64,000 nucleotides of DNA from IMG/VR virus record IMGVR_UViG_3300009408_000009; one strand, 5' to 3'. The translations under genes were made by a program, and so were the position numbers. Numbering within the stretch: position 1 is the stretch's first letter; every line of letters begins with the position of its first letter. Shown here in pieces: positions 1-8,858 of the stretch. The notes beneath the pieces were generated by a model. It did not search any database and was not told the origin of the DNA. It saw only the letters and a list, made by a program, of their open reading frames with translations. Source of the DNA: an uncultured virus (IMG/VR IMGVR_UViG_3300009408_000009) (lineage: Duplodnaviria > Heunggongvirae > Uroviricota > Caudoviricetes).

Positions 1-16
1 TTTCATATATCCTAAT

Positions 17-757
17 TTACTTAATTAATTTATGAATGTTTATTGCATATTCTAATGTTGCTTTAATCATATTGAATTTATTAGTGCCTCTTTTTGTTTC
101 AATTATTTCATCACTATCTAAAAACTTTTTCCATTCCTTAATCGTTCTTTGCTCACAACCATATTTAATATGATTATCAGTTAAAGTTAATTTATAGATT
201 AAATCAAGTGTTAGCACTTTTCTAGTACATATTGCTTCGTCATAAACCTTAGCTTCGCCATAAACCCTAGCATTATCGTAAACCCTAGTATTATCACAAA
301 CTAGTGCATTACCATAAGCCCAAGCATTACCATAAACCTTAGAATTACCATAAACTAGTGCATTATCACAAATCTGACCTTTACCATAAACCCTAGCTTC
401 ACCATAAACCCTAGCATCACCATAAATACTAGCTTCGTCATAAACTCTTGCTTCGTCATAAACCCTAGCATCACCATAAATACTAGCTTCACCATAAATA
501 CTAGCTTCGTCATAAACTCTTGCTTCGTCATAAACTCTTGCATTACCATAAACCATTGCATCACCATAAATACTAGCTTCGTCATAAACCCATGCGTTAT
601 CCCTTAAATTATCAATAGATTCAACATAACCACCGTTTGCTCCTACTTTAATTACATTATTTTTGTTACTGAATTCTTTAATACATTCAATCCTATATAA
701 TGTAATGTCATCTATTTTAATTGAATCATTTTTTAATAATTTATAATTTCTTTCCAT
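17..757 (-). CDS. Hexapeptide-repeat (left-handed beta-helix-like) protein, copy 1, 20 units
   Basis: 54-aa N-domain, then 20 A-x-V/I-Y-G/D-N/E units, then a ~72-aa C-domain. Confidence 0.85.
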   Translation of the reverse strand: MERNYKLLKNDSIKIDDITLYRIECIKEFSNKNNVIKVGANGGYVESIDNLRDNAWVYDEASIYGDAMVYGNARVYDEARVYDEASIYGEASIYGDARVYDEARVYDEASIYGDARVYGEARVYGKGQICDNALVYGNSKVYGNAWAYGNALVCDNTRVYDNARVYGEAKVYDEAICTRKVLTLDLIYKLTLTDNHIKYGCEQRTIKEWKKFLDSDEIIETKRGTNKFNMIKATLEYAINIHKLIK

Positions 758-799
758 TTTATAATATTTTTAATTATAGTACAAATATATAACAATTTT

Positions 800-1594
800 T
801 TACTTAATTAATTTATGATAATTTATTGCAGTTTTTAATCCAACTTCAATTAAACTAAATTTTTTAGTATTTCTTTTTGTTTCAATTATTTCATCACTAT
901 CTAAAAACTTTTTCCATTCCTTAATCGTTCTTTGTTCACAACCATATTTTATATGATTATCAGTTAAAGTTAATTGATAAATTATATTAAGTGTTAGCAC
1001 TTTTCTAGTACATATTGCTTCACCAGAAACCCTAGCATTATCGTAAACCCTAGCATTATCATAAACTAGTGCATTATTGCAAACCCAAGCATTACCATAA
1101 ACCCTAGCTTCACCATAAACCATTACATTATCGTAAACTAGTGCATTATTGTAAACCTTTGCTTCGCCATAAACCCAAGCTTTACCATAAACTCTTGCTT
1201 CGTCATAAACCTTAGCATTACCATAAACCTTAGCATTATCACAAACTAGAGCATTATTGTAAACCCAAGCTTTACCATAAACTCTTGCTTCGTCATAAAC
1301 CCTAGCTTTATCAGAAACCCAAGCTTCACCAGAAACCATTGCATTACCATAAACCCTAGCTTTATCAGAAACCCTAACTTTATCATAAACCCTTGCATCA
1401 CCATAAATACTAGCTTCGTCATAAACCCAAGCTGTATCTCTTAAATTATCGTAGGATTGAATATATCCTCCTTTAACACCTACTTTAATTACATTATTTT
1501 TGTTACTGAATTCTTTAATACATTCAATCCTATATAGGATAGTATCACCTATTTTAATTGAATCATTTTTTAATAATTTATAATTTCTTTCCAT
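800..1594 (-). CDS. Hexapeptide-repeat protein, copy 2, 23 units
   Basis: Paralogue of copy 1 with near-identical N and C domains. Confidence 0.85.
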   Translation of the reverse strand: MERNYKLLKNDSIKIGDTILYRIECIKEFSNKNNVIKVGVKGGYIQSYDNLRDTAWVYDEASIYGDARVYDKVRVSDKARVYGNAMVSGEAWVSDKARVYDEARVYGKAWVYNNALVCDNAKVYGNAKVYDEARVYGKAWVYGEAKVYNNALVYDNVMVYGEARVYGNAWVCNNALVYDNARVYDNARVSGEAICTRKVLTLNIIYQLTLTDNHIKYGCEQRTIKEWKKFLDSDEIIETKRNTKKFSLIEVGLKTAINYHKLIK

Positions 1595-1653
1595 TTTATA
1601 ATATTTTTAATTATAGTACAAATATATAACAATTTTTTAACTTATACAATTTT

Positions 1654-2862
1654 TTACTTAATTAATTTATGATAATTTATTGCAGTTTTTAATCCAACTT
1701 CAATTAAACTAAATTTTTTAGTATTTCTTTTTGTTTCAATTATTTCATCACTATCTAAAAACTTTTTCCATTCCTTAATTGTTTTTTGGATACATCCATA
1801 TCTGATATGATTATCAGTTAAAGTTAATTGATAAATTATATTAAGTGTGAATACTTTTTTAGTACATGTTGCTTAGTCATAAACCTTAGCATTATCGTAA
1901 ACCTTAGCATTATCATAAACTTTTGCTTCGTCATAAACCCAAGTTTTACCATAAACTAGTGCATCACCATAAATACTAGCTTCACCATAAACCCTAGCAT
2001 TACCATAAATACTAGCTTCGTCATAAACCATTGCATTACCACAAACTAGTGCATTACCAGAAACCCTAGCTTTATCATAAACTCTTGCATTACCATAAAC
2101 TAGTGCTTCACCATAAACCCTAGCATTACCATAAACCTTAGAATTACCATAAACTAGTGCATCACCATAAATACTAGCTTCACCATAAACCCTAGCATTA
2201 CCATAAACTAGTGCACCACCATAAATACTAGCTTCACCATAAACCCTAGCATTATTGTAAACCCAAGCTTCACCAGAAACCATTGCATTATCACAAACTA
2301 GTGTATTACCATAAATACTAGCTTCGTCATAAACCATTGCATTACCACAAACTAGTGCATTGCCATAAATACCAGCATCACCATAAATACTAGCTTCGTC
2401 ATAAACCATTGCATTGCCATAAATACTAGCTTCACCATAAACCCTAGCTTCACCATAAACCCTAGCTTCACCATAAACCCTAGCTTTATCAGAAACCGTT
2501 GCATCACCATAAATACTAGCTTCACCAGAAATCCATGTATAACCATAAACCCTAGCATCACCATAAATACTAGCTTCACCAGAAACCCTAGCTTTATCGT
2601 AAACCTTAGCATTATCATAAACTAGTGCATTACCAGAAACCCTAGCTTTATCATAAACCTTAGCTTTATCATAAACTAGTGCATTACCAGAAACCCAAGC
2701 TGTATCTCTTAAATTATCGTAGGATTGAATATATCCTCCTTTAACACCTACTTTAATTACATTATTTTGATTAAAGAATTCTTTAATACATTCAATCCTA
2801 TATAGGATAGTATCACCTATTTTAATTGAATCATTTTTTAATAATTTATAATTTCTTTCCAT
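1654..2862 (-). pseudogene. Hexapeptide-repeat protein, copy 3, 46 units; TAA at 1873-1875 separates an intact in-frame C-domain
   Basis: GAC TAA GCA where copy 1 reads D-E-A; frame stays open to the stop at 1654 (ATCTKKVFTL...HKLIK). Confidence 0.8.
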
Positions 2863-2927
2863 TTTATAATATCTTTAATTATAGTACAAATATACAAAAT
2901 ATATTTCATATATCCTAATTTACTTAA

Positions 2928-3368
2928 TTAATTTATGATTTTAGTACATATTGCTTCACCATAAACCTTAGCATTATCGTAAACCTTAGCATTATTGTAA
3001 ACCTTAGCATTATTGCAAACCCAAGCATTATTGTAAACCTTAGCATTACCATAAACCTTAGCATTATTGCAAACTAGAGCATTATTGTAAACCTTAGCAT
3101 TATCGTAAACCTTAGCATTATCACAAACTAGTGTATTACCATAAATACCAGCTTCGTCATAAACCATTGCATTATTGTAAACCTTAGCATCACCATAAAC
3201 CCAAGCTGTATCTCTTAAATTATCGTAGGATTGAATATATCCTCCTTTAACACCTACTTTAATTACATTATTTTGATTAAAGAATTCTTTAATACATTCA
3301 ATCCTATATAGGATAGCATCACCTATTTTAATTGAATCATTTTTTAATAATTTATAATTTCTTTCCAT
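2928..3368 (-). CDS. Hexapeptide-repeat protein, copy 4, 14 units; C-domain deleted
   Basis: After AICTK the DNA jumps to the last ~20 nt of the paralogue gene end (ATCATAAATTAATTAAGTAA). Confidence 0.8.
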   Translation of the reverse strand: MERNYKLLKNDSIKIGDAILYRIECIKEFFNQNNVIKVGVKGGYIQSYDNLRDTAWVYGDAKVYNNAMVYDEAGIYGNTLVCDNAKVYDNAKVYNNALVCNNAKVYGNAKVYNNAWVCNNAKVYNNAKVYDNAKVYGEAICTKIIN

Positions 3369-3392
3369 TTTATAATATTTTTAATTATAGTA

Positions 3393-3426
3393 CAAATATA
3401 CAAAATATATTTCATATATCCTAATT
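3393..3426 (-). promoter_or_regulatory. Bacteroidota-type sigma70 promoter (-7 box TATATTTG); same box at 782, 1619 and 2887
   Basis: TAnnTTTG about 25 nt upstream of the ATG of every repeat-gene copy. Confidence 0.65.
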
Positions 3427-3444
3427 TATTTTATAAATTTTTAT

Positions 3445-3495
3445 AAATTGAGCGTAAAACTCACTCATCAGCTCTACCGTGGGTGGGTAGTTCAC
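3445..3495 (+). mobile_element. ~51-bp IS200/IS605-derived mini element (PATE-like)
   Basis: TTTAT|AAATTGAGCGTAAAACTCACTCATC...GTGGGTGGGTAGTTCAC with a single hairpin; near-identical inverted copy at 27642-27691. Confidence 0.65.
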
Positions 3496-3520
3496 TTGTG
3501 TTGTATCTAACTACTTCATC

Positions 3521-3763
3521 TTACTGCTTCCATTTTACTTTTGCTGCATTCGGATTAGTTCGTACGCGCTGCATATATATGTTACGTAAAGTTGTTAATA
3601 CAAAAGACTCGCCTTTTGTGTATTTACCTTTTTTAATTATGTCTATTAACCATTTAGTTGTACTAAGATATTCATTCTGCCAATATGTACTATCCGCTAT
3701 AGCTTTTAAAAAGTCTGATTGTGCAGCCGATAAAGGGGTATATACTATTTTCATGCTCTCCAA
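3521..3763 (-). CDS. Small paralogue family protein
   Basis: L-x3-Q-x2-FL...G-x-Y...L-x2-L-R-x2-Y...KVKW motif. Confidence 0.75.
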   Translation of the reverse strand: MESMKIVYTPLSAAQSDFLKAIADSTYWQNEYLSTTKWLIDIIKKGKYTKGESFVLTTLRNIYMQRVRTNPNAAKVKWKQ

Positions 3764-4041
3764 TATATTATTGCTTTTTCATTGTTTTGTTTAACTTCAT
3801 GTATATACCGTCTACGTATATAAACTAAAATGTTTTTTTCGATTTGACTATTATATCCATTTTTTGCAACGATATATCGTATATATACAATCATGATTGG
3901 ATTAACTTGTTTCCAATATTTGTTTGTTATGAGTACCTTTAGAAAATTATATTGTGCACGTGTTAATCGGGTTAACCCTTTTTTGGGTGGTGTTTCGCCA
4001 CTATTAACAATTGCTAGCATAATTTCTAATTTGTCTTCCAT
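3751..4041 (-). CDS. Small paralogue family protein
   Basis: Same family motif; overlaps its neighbours. Confidence 0.75.
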   Translation of the reverse strand: MEDKLEIMLAIVNSGETPPKKGLTRLTRAQYNFLKVLITNKYWKQVNPIMIVYIRYIVAKNGYNSQIEKNILVYIRRRYIHEVKQNNEKAIIYWRA

Positions 4042-4259
4042 TTTACCTCTGCTTTTTTATTACCTTGTTTAACTTCATTTATATATGCAGTACGTATACA
4101 TACTAAATCTTTATAATCAGTTGGAGTGTATTTACGCGCTTTTAAAACATTCAATATAATACTATATGAGTATGGATAATTTATTTGCCAATAGTTACTT
4201 TTCGTAATTGCAGTTAAAAATTTTGTTTGTTCTGAATCTAATATAGTCTTTGTTTCCAT
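4026..4259 (-). CDS. Small paralogue family protein
   Basis: EQTKFLTAI...YINEVKQGNKKAEVKW. Confidence 0.75.
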   Translation of the reverse strand: METKTILDSEQTKFLTAITKSNYWQINYPYSYSIILNVLKARKYTPTDYKDLVCIRTAYINEVKQGNKKAEVKWKTN

Positions 4260-4270
4260 TTTACCGCTGT

Positions 4271-4360
4271 TTTTTAATTTTTAAATCAGATTCAAGTTCA
4301 AAATTTCCAACATTTGTTCTAAATTCTTTATATTCATCATCTAGAATGTTTGATTCTATT
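4271..4360. repeat. 90-bp near-identical copy of an internal part of ORF 55286..56038 (55443-55532)
   Basis: Two mismatches in 90 bp by manual alignment. Confidence 0.85.
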
Positions 4361-4366
4361 TCACGT

Positions 4367-4642
4367 TTAATATCTCATAAATGAGTTATCCTTAATTTGT
4401 AAAGAACCATCGTTTATTGCATCTTTATATTTTTCATGTGCATTTTTAATTGCTTCACTCTTAGATGACGAACATATAGTGTCCCAGCCACCATCAGATA
4501 ATTCAAAATAATAAGTTTTGTTAAGAGCTTTAAATATGGCTATATTAAATTTATTTTTAATACGAGCAGCATCTGGTGCACTTAATATATTTAACATATT
4601 AACTACATATTTTACTTCTGATTTATTTAATTTTACATCCAT
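4367..4642 (-). CDS. Hypothetical protein
   Basis: ORF with an upstream promoter-like box near 4690. Confidence 0.55.
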   Translation of the reverse strand: MDVKLNKSEVKYVVNMLNILSAPDAARIKNKFNIAIFKALNKTYYFELSDGGWDTICSSSKSEAIKNAHEKYKDAINDGSLQIKDNSFMRY

Positions 4643-4736
4643 AATTTTTATTTATTATTATGTTGATTTCTCAACTTATTTACAATGTAAATATACAAAA
4701 AATAACTGATATATACAAATTATTTCGTAGTTATTT

Positions 4737-4959
4737 TTACCATTTTACTATTGCTTCTTTGTTACCTTTTTTTACTTCATATACATAGTTGTCACGTATA
4801 TATTTTAAATCTTCGAGTTGACTAAGAGAATACCTTTGTGCTTTTAAAACTGGTATTATGCTACCAAGCGTAAATGGATAATTTATTTGCCAAAATTTTA
4901 CTTTCTATGATTGCAGTTAAGAACTTCTTCTGTTCAGTATTTAGTTTAGTTCTTACCAT
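4737..4959 (-). pseudogene. Frameshifted small-family paralogue (extra A near 4895)
   Basis: 223 bp, near-identical to 5168..5389; reads AGTAAAATTTTGG where AGTAAATTTTGG would keep the frame. Confidence 0.75.
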
Positions 4960-5174
4960 TTTACTATTGCTTCTTTAATTCCAGTATTTACTCTAGCTAT
5001 ATAATTTCTACGTGTACGGTTTAAAAACGGGCGAGTTTCTGTATCATACTCACCGGCATCTAAAATATTACGTACGTGTCGACACGTACGTATTCTTTTG
5101 TTACTCCAATATTTACTTTCTATGATTGCAGTTAAGAATTTAGTTTGTTCAATATTTAGCTTAGTTCTTACCAT
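4953..5174 (-). CDS. Small paralogue family protein
   Basis: MVRTKLNIEQTKFLTAI...KEAIVKW. Confidence 0.8.
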   Translation of the reverse strand: MVRTKLNIEQTKFLTAIIESKYWSNKRIRTCRHVRNILDAGEYDTETRPFLNRTRRNYIARVNTGIKEAIVKW

Positions 5175-5389
5175 TTTACTATTGCTTCTTTGTTACCTTT
5201 TTTTACTTCATATACATAGTTGTCACGTATATATTTTAAACTCGCGTGTTGACTAAGAGAATACCTTTGTGCTTTTAAAGTTCGCGTTATTCTATATAGT
5301 GTAAATGGATAATTTATTTGCCAAAACCTGCTTTCTGTAATTGCAGTTAAGAATTTAGTTTGTTCAATATTTAGCTTAGTTCTTACCAT
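5168..5389 (-). CDS. Small paralogue family protein
   Basis: Same N and C termini as its neighbour; ATGGTAA start/stop overlap. Confidence 0.8.
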   Translation of the reverse strand: MVRTKLNIEQTKFLTAITESRFWQINYPFTLYRITRTLKAQRYSLSQHASLKYIRDNYVYEVKKGNKEAIVKW

Positions 5390-5716
5390 TTAAGTATTTA
5401 TTATTATTTACAAGTCTAATATACAAAAAATAGTTAATATAACCTAATAAGTACATACTTATTTTACCAGACTATACTATACAATATTGTATAGGCTTGA
5501 AGAAAAAAAGTTATACTCGCTAGGCATGTAGCCTAATTCAGATTGCTCTAATCCACGATTTACCTAAAATTCTGAATATTAAATATTACGTGATTACCGT
5601 ATCAGTATGGAATATATATCCGCACGCGCGAATACTATTTATACAGATATCCCCTCAATTAGCTAACAAATATTAAATGACTGTTACACAGTTATATTGT
5701 AGCACTTACGCACGCT

Positions 5717-6011
5717 ATAGATAAAATCTATGAATATTCGAATAGCTATAACGCATACACCTGTTATAAGCTATCATAGATAAAATCTATGATGATTTGG
5801 CTCAATACAGCAAGTGACAACTTGTCATTGACCTGCTATAGATAAAATCTATGATGTAACGTACTGTAAATCAGTTCTTTACGCGCGCATGCGCCGAGTA
5901 TGACACTTTGTCAGTAGATTATATGAGCCGTTTGCTTCCAAAAAGTATCGACAAAAGCACTGCGATACCGTACATGACAAAGTGTCATGGTAAAAAGTAT
6001 CGTTTAAAGCA
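5717..6011. repeat. Cluster of palindromic repeats in a long non-coding region (putative origin or protein-binding array)
   Basis: 3x ATAGAT-AAA-ATCTAT (5717, 5776, 5838); 3x TGACA-N3-TGTCA (5815, 5901, 5975); 2x AAAAGTATCG-N3-AAAGCACT. Confidence 0.75.
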
Positions 6012-6734
6012 CTCAGCGGTATATGCTAAATTTCGGATGCAGCTGCTAGCTTAGTCTTCTGAGTGGGAGCTTAAGCTGCAAAGTCTAGCGAATTCGCCGT
6101 ACATAGGGGGCTTTTCGGATAGCAGCACTGGTTTTTGGGGGGCTTAAGCAGCGAAATAGGGCCGGATATACAGTGTTTTGCCTGAGGCAAAAATTTCGTG
6201 GTGCGATTTTTGCCACTGCTTTTACCCAGCGGTGCACACCCTGCTTATACCGCTTTTTTATCGCATACTATACAATAATAGTATTTTAACATTCTGGAGT
6301 TTTTTAACTTCTTGTCATAATGGCATAAAAATACTCGCTAAACGCAGTGTTTTAACGAGTTAACGTGTAATCTATGTGATAATACCTCACACACCGGATT
6401 TAAACTATTTAATTTTTGATGTATGGGTTATATTATACTTATCCTGTTATCTTGAATATTTCTGGTATATAAAGATGTTAGATGCTAGATAGTATAGTTA
6501 ATATAGTTAATCGTAAGATTATGTGTATTCTGTATTCTGTATGATTAAATGTAATATTTAAAGTCTGAGGATATATATTGTATGAGTTTTTATATTAAGT
6601 AGGTTTAGTATAGATATTAGTATATGAGTCTTTTTACTATTTAGTTCATGTAGTACCAACCATGTGTTTTTTTTAAATCTAAAGATAACCATTTATTTTA
6701 AGAATTATTTTTACCGTAATAAAAAAACTTATTA

Positions 6735-6941
6735 TTATTTTGATATAGAATACCATGATGCTAGTTGATTTAATAAATCGCCATTCATTTCAGTATATAT
6801 GCCTTTTTCTAATATAGTTTGTAATACTAGTTTGGTATGATTAGTAATTATTTCTACCGGTTTAGTTTCAGCGAAATTTAATATATCTTCTATTAGTTTA
6901 CGTTGAGTTTTATTCAATGTGTATGTTCCATCTTTATTCAT
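6735..6941 (-). CDS. Distant small-family paralogue
   Basis: TLNKTQRKLI...ILEKGIY...LLNQLASWY. Confidence 0.6.
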   Translation of the reverse strand: MNKDGTYTLNKTQRKLIEDILNFAETKPVEIITNHTKLVLQTILEKGIYTEMNGDLLNQLASWYSISK

Positions 6942-7088
6942 TACTCTTATTTTTTTTATGTTTTGTTATTTTCCAATTCAAATAGATTTTATATAACGAT
7001 ATATCAGTATCTATTAAACTAAGTAGCATGTAAAATATTAATAGATATATTATCCATTCTGTTAATTTAATTGGTATCTCCATGATAA

Positions 7089-7343
7089 TTATTTTTTTGT
7101 ATTGGGTAGTTTAAAACGGTTTCTATATTTATCTGCTATTAAATTCAATTGAAATTTATCTGCACGTTCTTTATCTGTTACTATTTTTGGTGGTTGTATA
7201 AAACTATTTTTGTCATCATAATAAATTCCATTTTTTAAAATATTATGTATTCTGCGCCATGGCCCAATAGCATATTCCCCAGTATGGTTCTCGCCTAAAT
7301 ATTTTAAAAAAGTACGTTGCTGATTTGTTACTGTGTATTCCAT
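7089..7343 (-). CDS. Distant small-family paralogue
   Basis: TNQQRTFL...ILKNGIY...LNLIADKY. Confidence 0.6.
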   Translation of the reverse strand: MEYTVTNQQRTFLKYLGENHTGEYAIGPWRRIHNILKNGIYYDDKNSFIQPPKIVTDKERADKFQLNLIADKYRNRFKLPNTKK

Positions 7344-7384
7344 ATTAATTTTGCTATGTTACCTAGTTTAACTTCATTTATATA

Positions 7385-7992
7385 GTACAGTATTTTAATA
7401 AAAATTAATAAAATACCTTTTGTTTCTTCTTTCACCCAGCTGCTAATGCAACACTGTCCAGAAGCGTTAATTCGGGACTACTCATCCCTATTTTTAAGTT
7501 TAAAAGTCTTAAGCCTTCGTCAAGAATATTCTTGGCAGCGTTTAAGCCCCTGTCATGCGTTTCACCGCAATTATTGCAAGTCCAAGTTCTATGCTTTAGT
7601 TGTAAGTCAGTCTTTAAAGTACCGCAATTATTACATTGCTTAGAACTTGGAAAAAATTGACCTATTTCAACTATTTGTCTACCATACCACTTTGCTTTAT
7701 ATTTTAAAATTTCTTTAAATCTATATAAACTAAGTTCTTGAATTGATCTTGCTAAATTGTGATTTTGCATCATTCCTTTTACATTTAAAGTTTCTATTGC
7801 TATAACTTGATTTTCATTAAGCAATGAATTAGCTACTTTGTGTAAATAATGTTCTTTTTTATTATTTAAAGTTTCATAAAATTTTGCAAGTTTAAGTTTT
7901 GCTTTAAATCTATTATTAGATTCTTTTTGCTTTCTACTTAAACTTCTATGTAATTTATTCAGTTTTCTTTGATTGTTTCTTTTAATTTTCAA
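7385..7992 (-). pseudogene. tnpB: Truncated TnpB: C-terminal RuvC/zinc-ribbon half plus right-end region
   Basis: IAIETL, FFPSSKQCNNCG, WTCNNCG; HDRGLNAAKNI has Gly at the catalytic Asp; the N-terminal half including RuvC-I is absent. Confidence 0.85.
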
Positions 7993-8017
7993 AAAAAGGA
8001 GAGATTTCTCTCTCCTA
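7991..8017 (-). terminator. Intrinsic terminator
   Basis: AGGAGAGA/TCTCTCCT stem followed by a T-run on the minus strand. Confidence 0.7.
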
Positions 8018-8068
8018 ATTTTCTTCTTCTCCCATTATATATTAACAAGTATACCAAATTGTTTTTAA

Positions 8069-8410
8069 TTATATCAAATTAAAATACTGAAATAATTCAT
8101 CAGTAGAATAAAACACTGGTTTACCTAGTGAAATTGCGTGTTTAACTTCTATATCACCACCTTTAGATTCGCCTGGCAATCGTAGTACACAATCACACGT
8201 TTCTAACCAAGTTAAATCAACTGCTATCCAATCGTTATAAGGTCTTGGGTGTATCATGTGTTGGAAATGCGAATACAAGGGTACGAACGGTATTAAATCG
8301 TTGTTCATTAATGTGTTTGCCATATCTATTTGGGTTCGGACATTTTGTGCTACATCCCCTTTCGTGTAGGGTGATGATATAAATACTTTAATCTTGTTTG
8401 CTGTTTTCAT
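8069..8410 (-). CDS. DUF4406/DUF1937-like protein (nucleoside deoxyribosyltransferase-like fold)
   Basis: VFISSPY...DLTWLETCDCVLRLPGESKGGDIE. Confidence 0.65.
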   Translation of the reverse strand: MKTANKIKVFISSPYTKGDVAQNVRTQIDMANTLMNNDLIPFVPLYSHFQHMIHPRPYNDWIAVDLTWLETCDCVLRLPGESKGGDIEVKHAISLGKPVFYSTDELFQYFNLI

Positions 8411-8417
8411 TTGTTAT

Positions 8418-8645
8418 TTACATGCTTTTGTATTTCGAAATTTTTTTATATTTCGTAAATTTTTTAACTACTTCATTTAATATTTTGCGATAAAATTTAT
8501 CATAACCATGGTTAGATACAGTTGTGGCAACTACTTTTTGTTCATGCATCGTCAATGCTTTATAAAAATTAGCATAATGTATTGGCAGCATCATTAACCA
8601 TTTTGATTGTGCCGTATTTAATTTTGTTTGTCCCGTAATTTTCAT
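8418..8645 (-). CDS. Distant small-family paralogue
   Basis: TKLNTAQSKWL...HGYD...ILNEVVKKF. Confidence 0.5.
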   Translation of the reverse strand: MKITGQTKLNTAQSKWLMMLPIHYANFYKALTMHEQKVVATTVSNHGYDKFYRKILNEVVKKFTKYKKISKYKSM

Positions 8646-8666
8646 AATAATAAATTTTATTATTTA

Positions 8667-8849
8667 TTAAATTGCATTTAATTTGAACAATGCTTGAGAA
8701 AACAATAATCCATGCAGGTTAGATGCTATAGAAATTCCACCTTGTAATTGCCAATCCTCTTTAATAAGTTTATTAACCTCATCCTCGACTGTTTTATGGT
8801 CAGTTGCTGTAATTATCTTGTATTCTTTTGTATTTTTAGTGATTAACAT
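8667..8849 (-). CDS. Small protein, DUF1737-like
   Basis: EYKIITA...VNKLIKEDWQLQGGIS...QAL. Confidence 0.55.
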   Translation of the reverse strand: MLITKNTKEYKIITATDHKTVEDEVNKLIKEDWQLQGGISIASNLHGLLFSQALFKLNAI

Positions 8850-8858
8850 ATTTTTAAT

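Noticed and set aside
355..2618. Met-rich ORFs 355..585 and 2352..2618
   Set aside because: Alternate-frame shadows of the 18-bp coding repeats.
230..3210. Repeat arrays as CRISPR
   Set aside because: They are contiguous in-frame 18-bp coding units with no unique spacers, and no cas operon is present.
4271..4360. DGR template/variable repeat pair with 55443-55532
   Set aside because: Only two mismatches, not adenine-specific; the target is not C-terminal; no reverse transcriptase is in the window.
5880..6260. tRNA or other known ncRNA in the GC-rich patch
   Set aside because: No cloverleaf or T-loop signature could be identified by eye; tRNAscan-SE/Infernal would be needed to exclude it.
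7432..7992. Functional nuclease-dead TnpB (TldR-like) regulator
   Set aside because: The N-terminal recognition/wedge region is missing, and the apparent TTG start lies in a terminator T-run.
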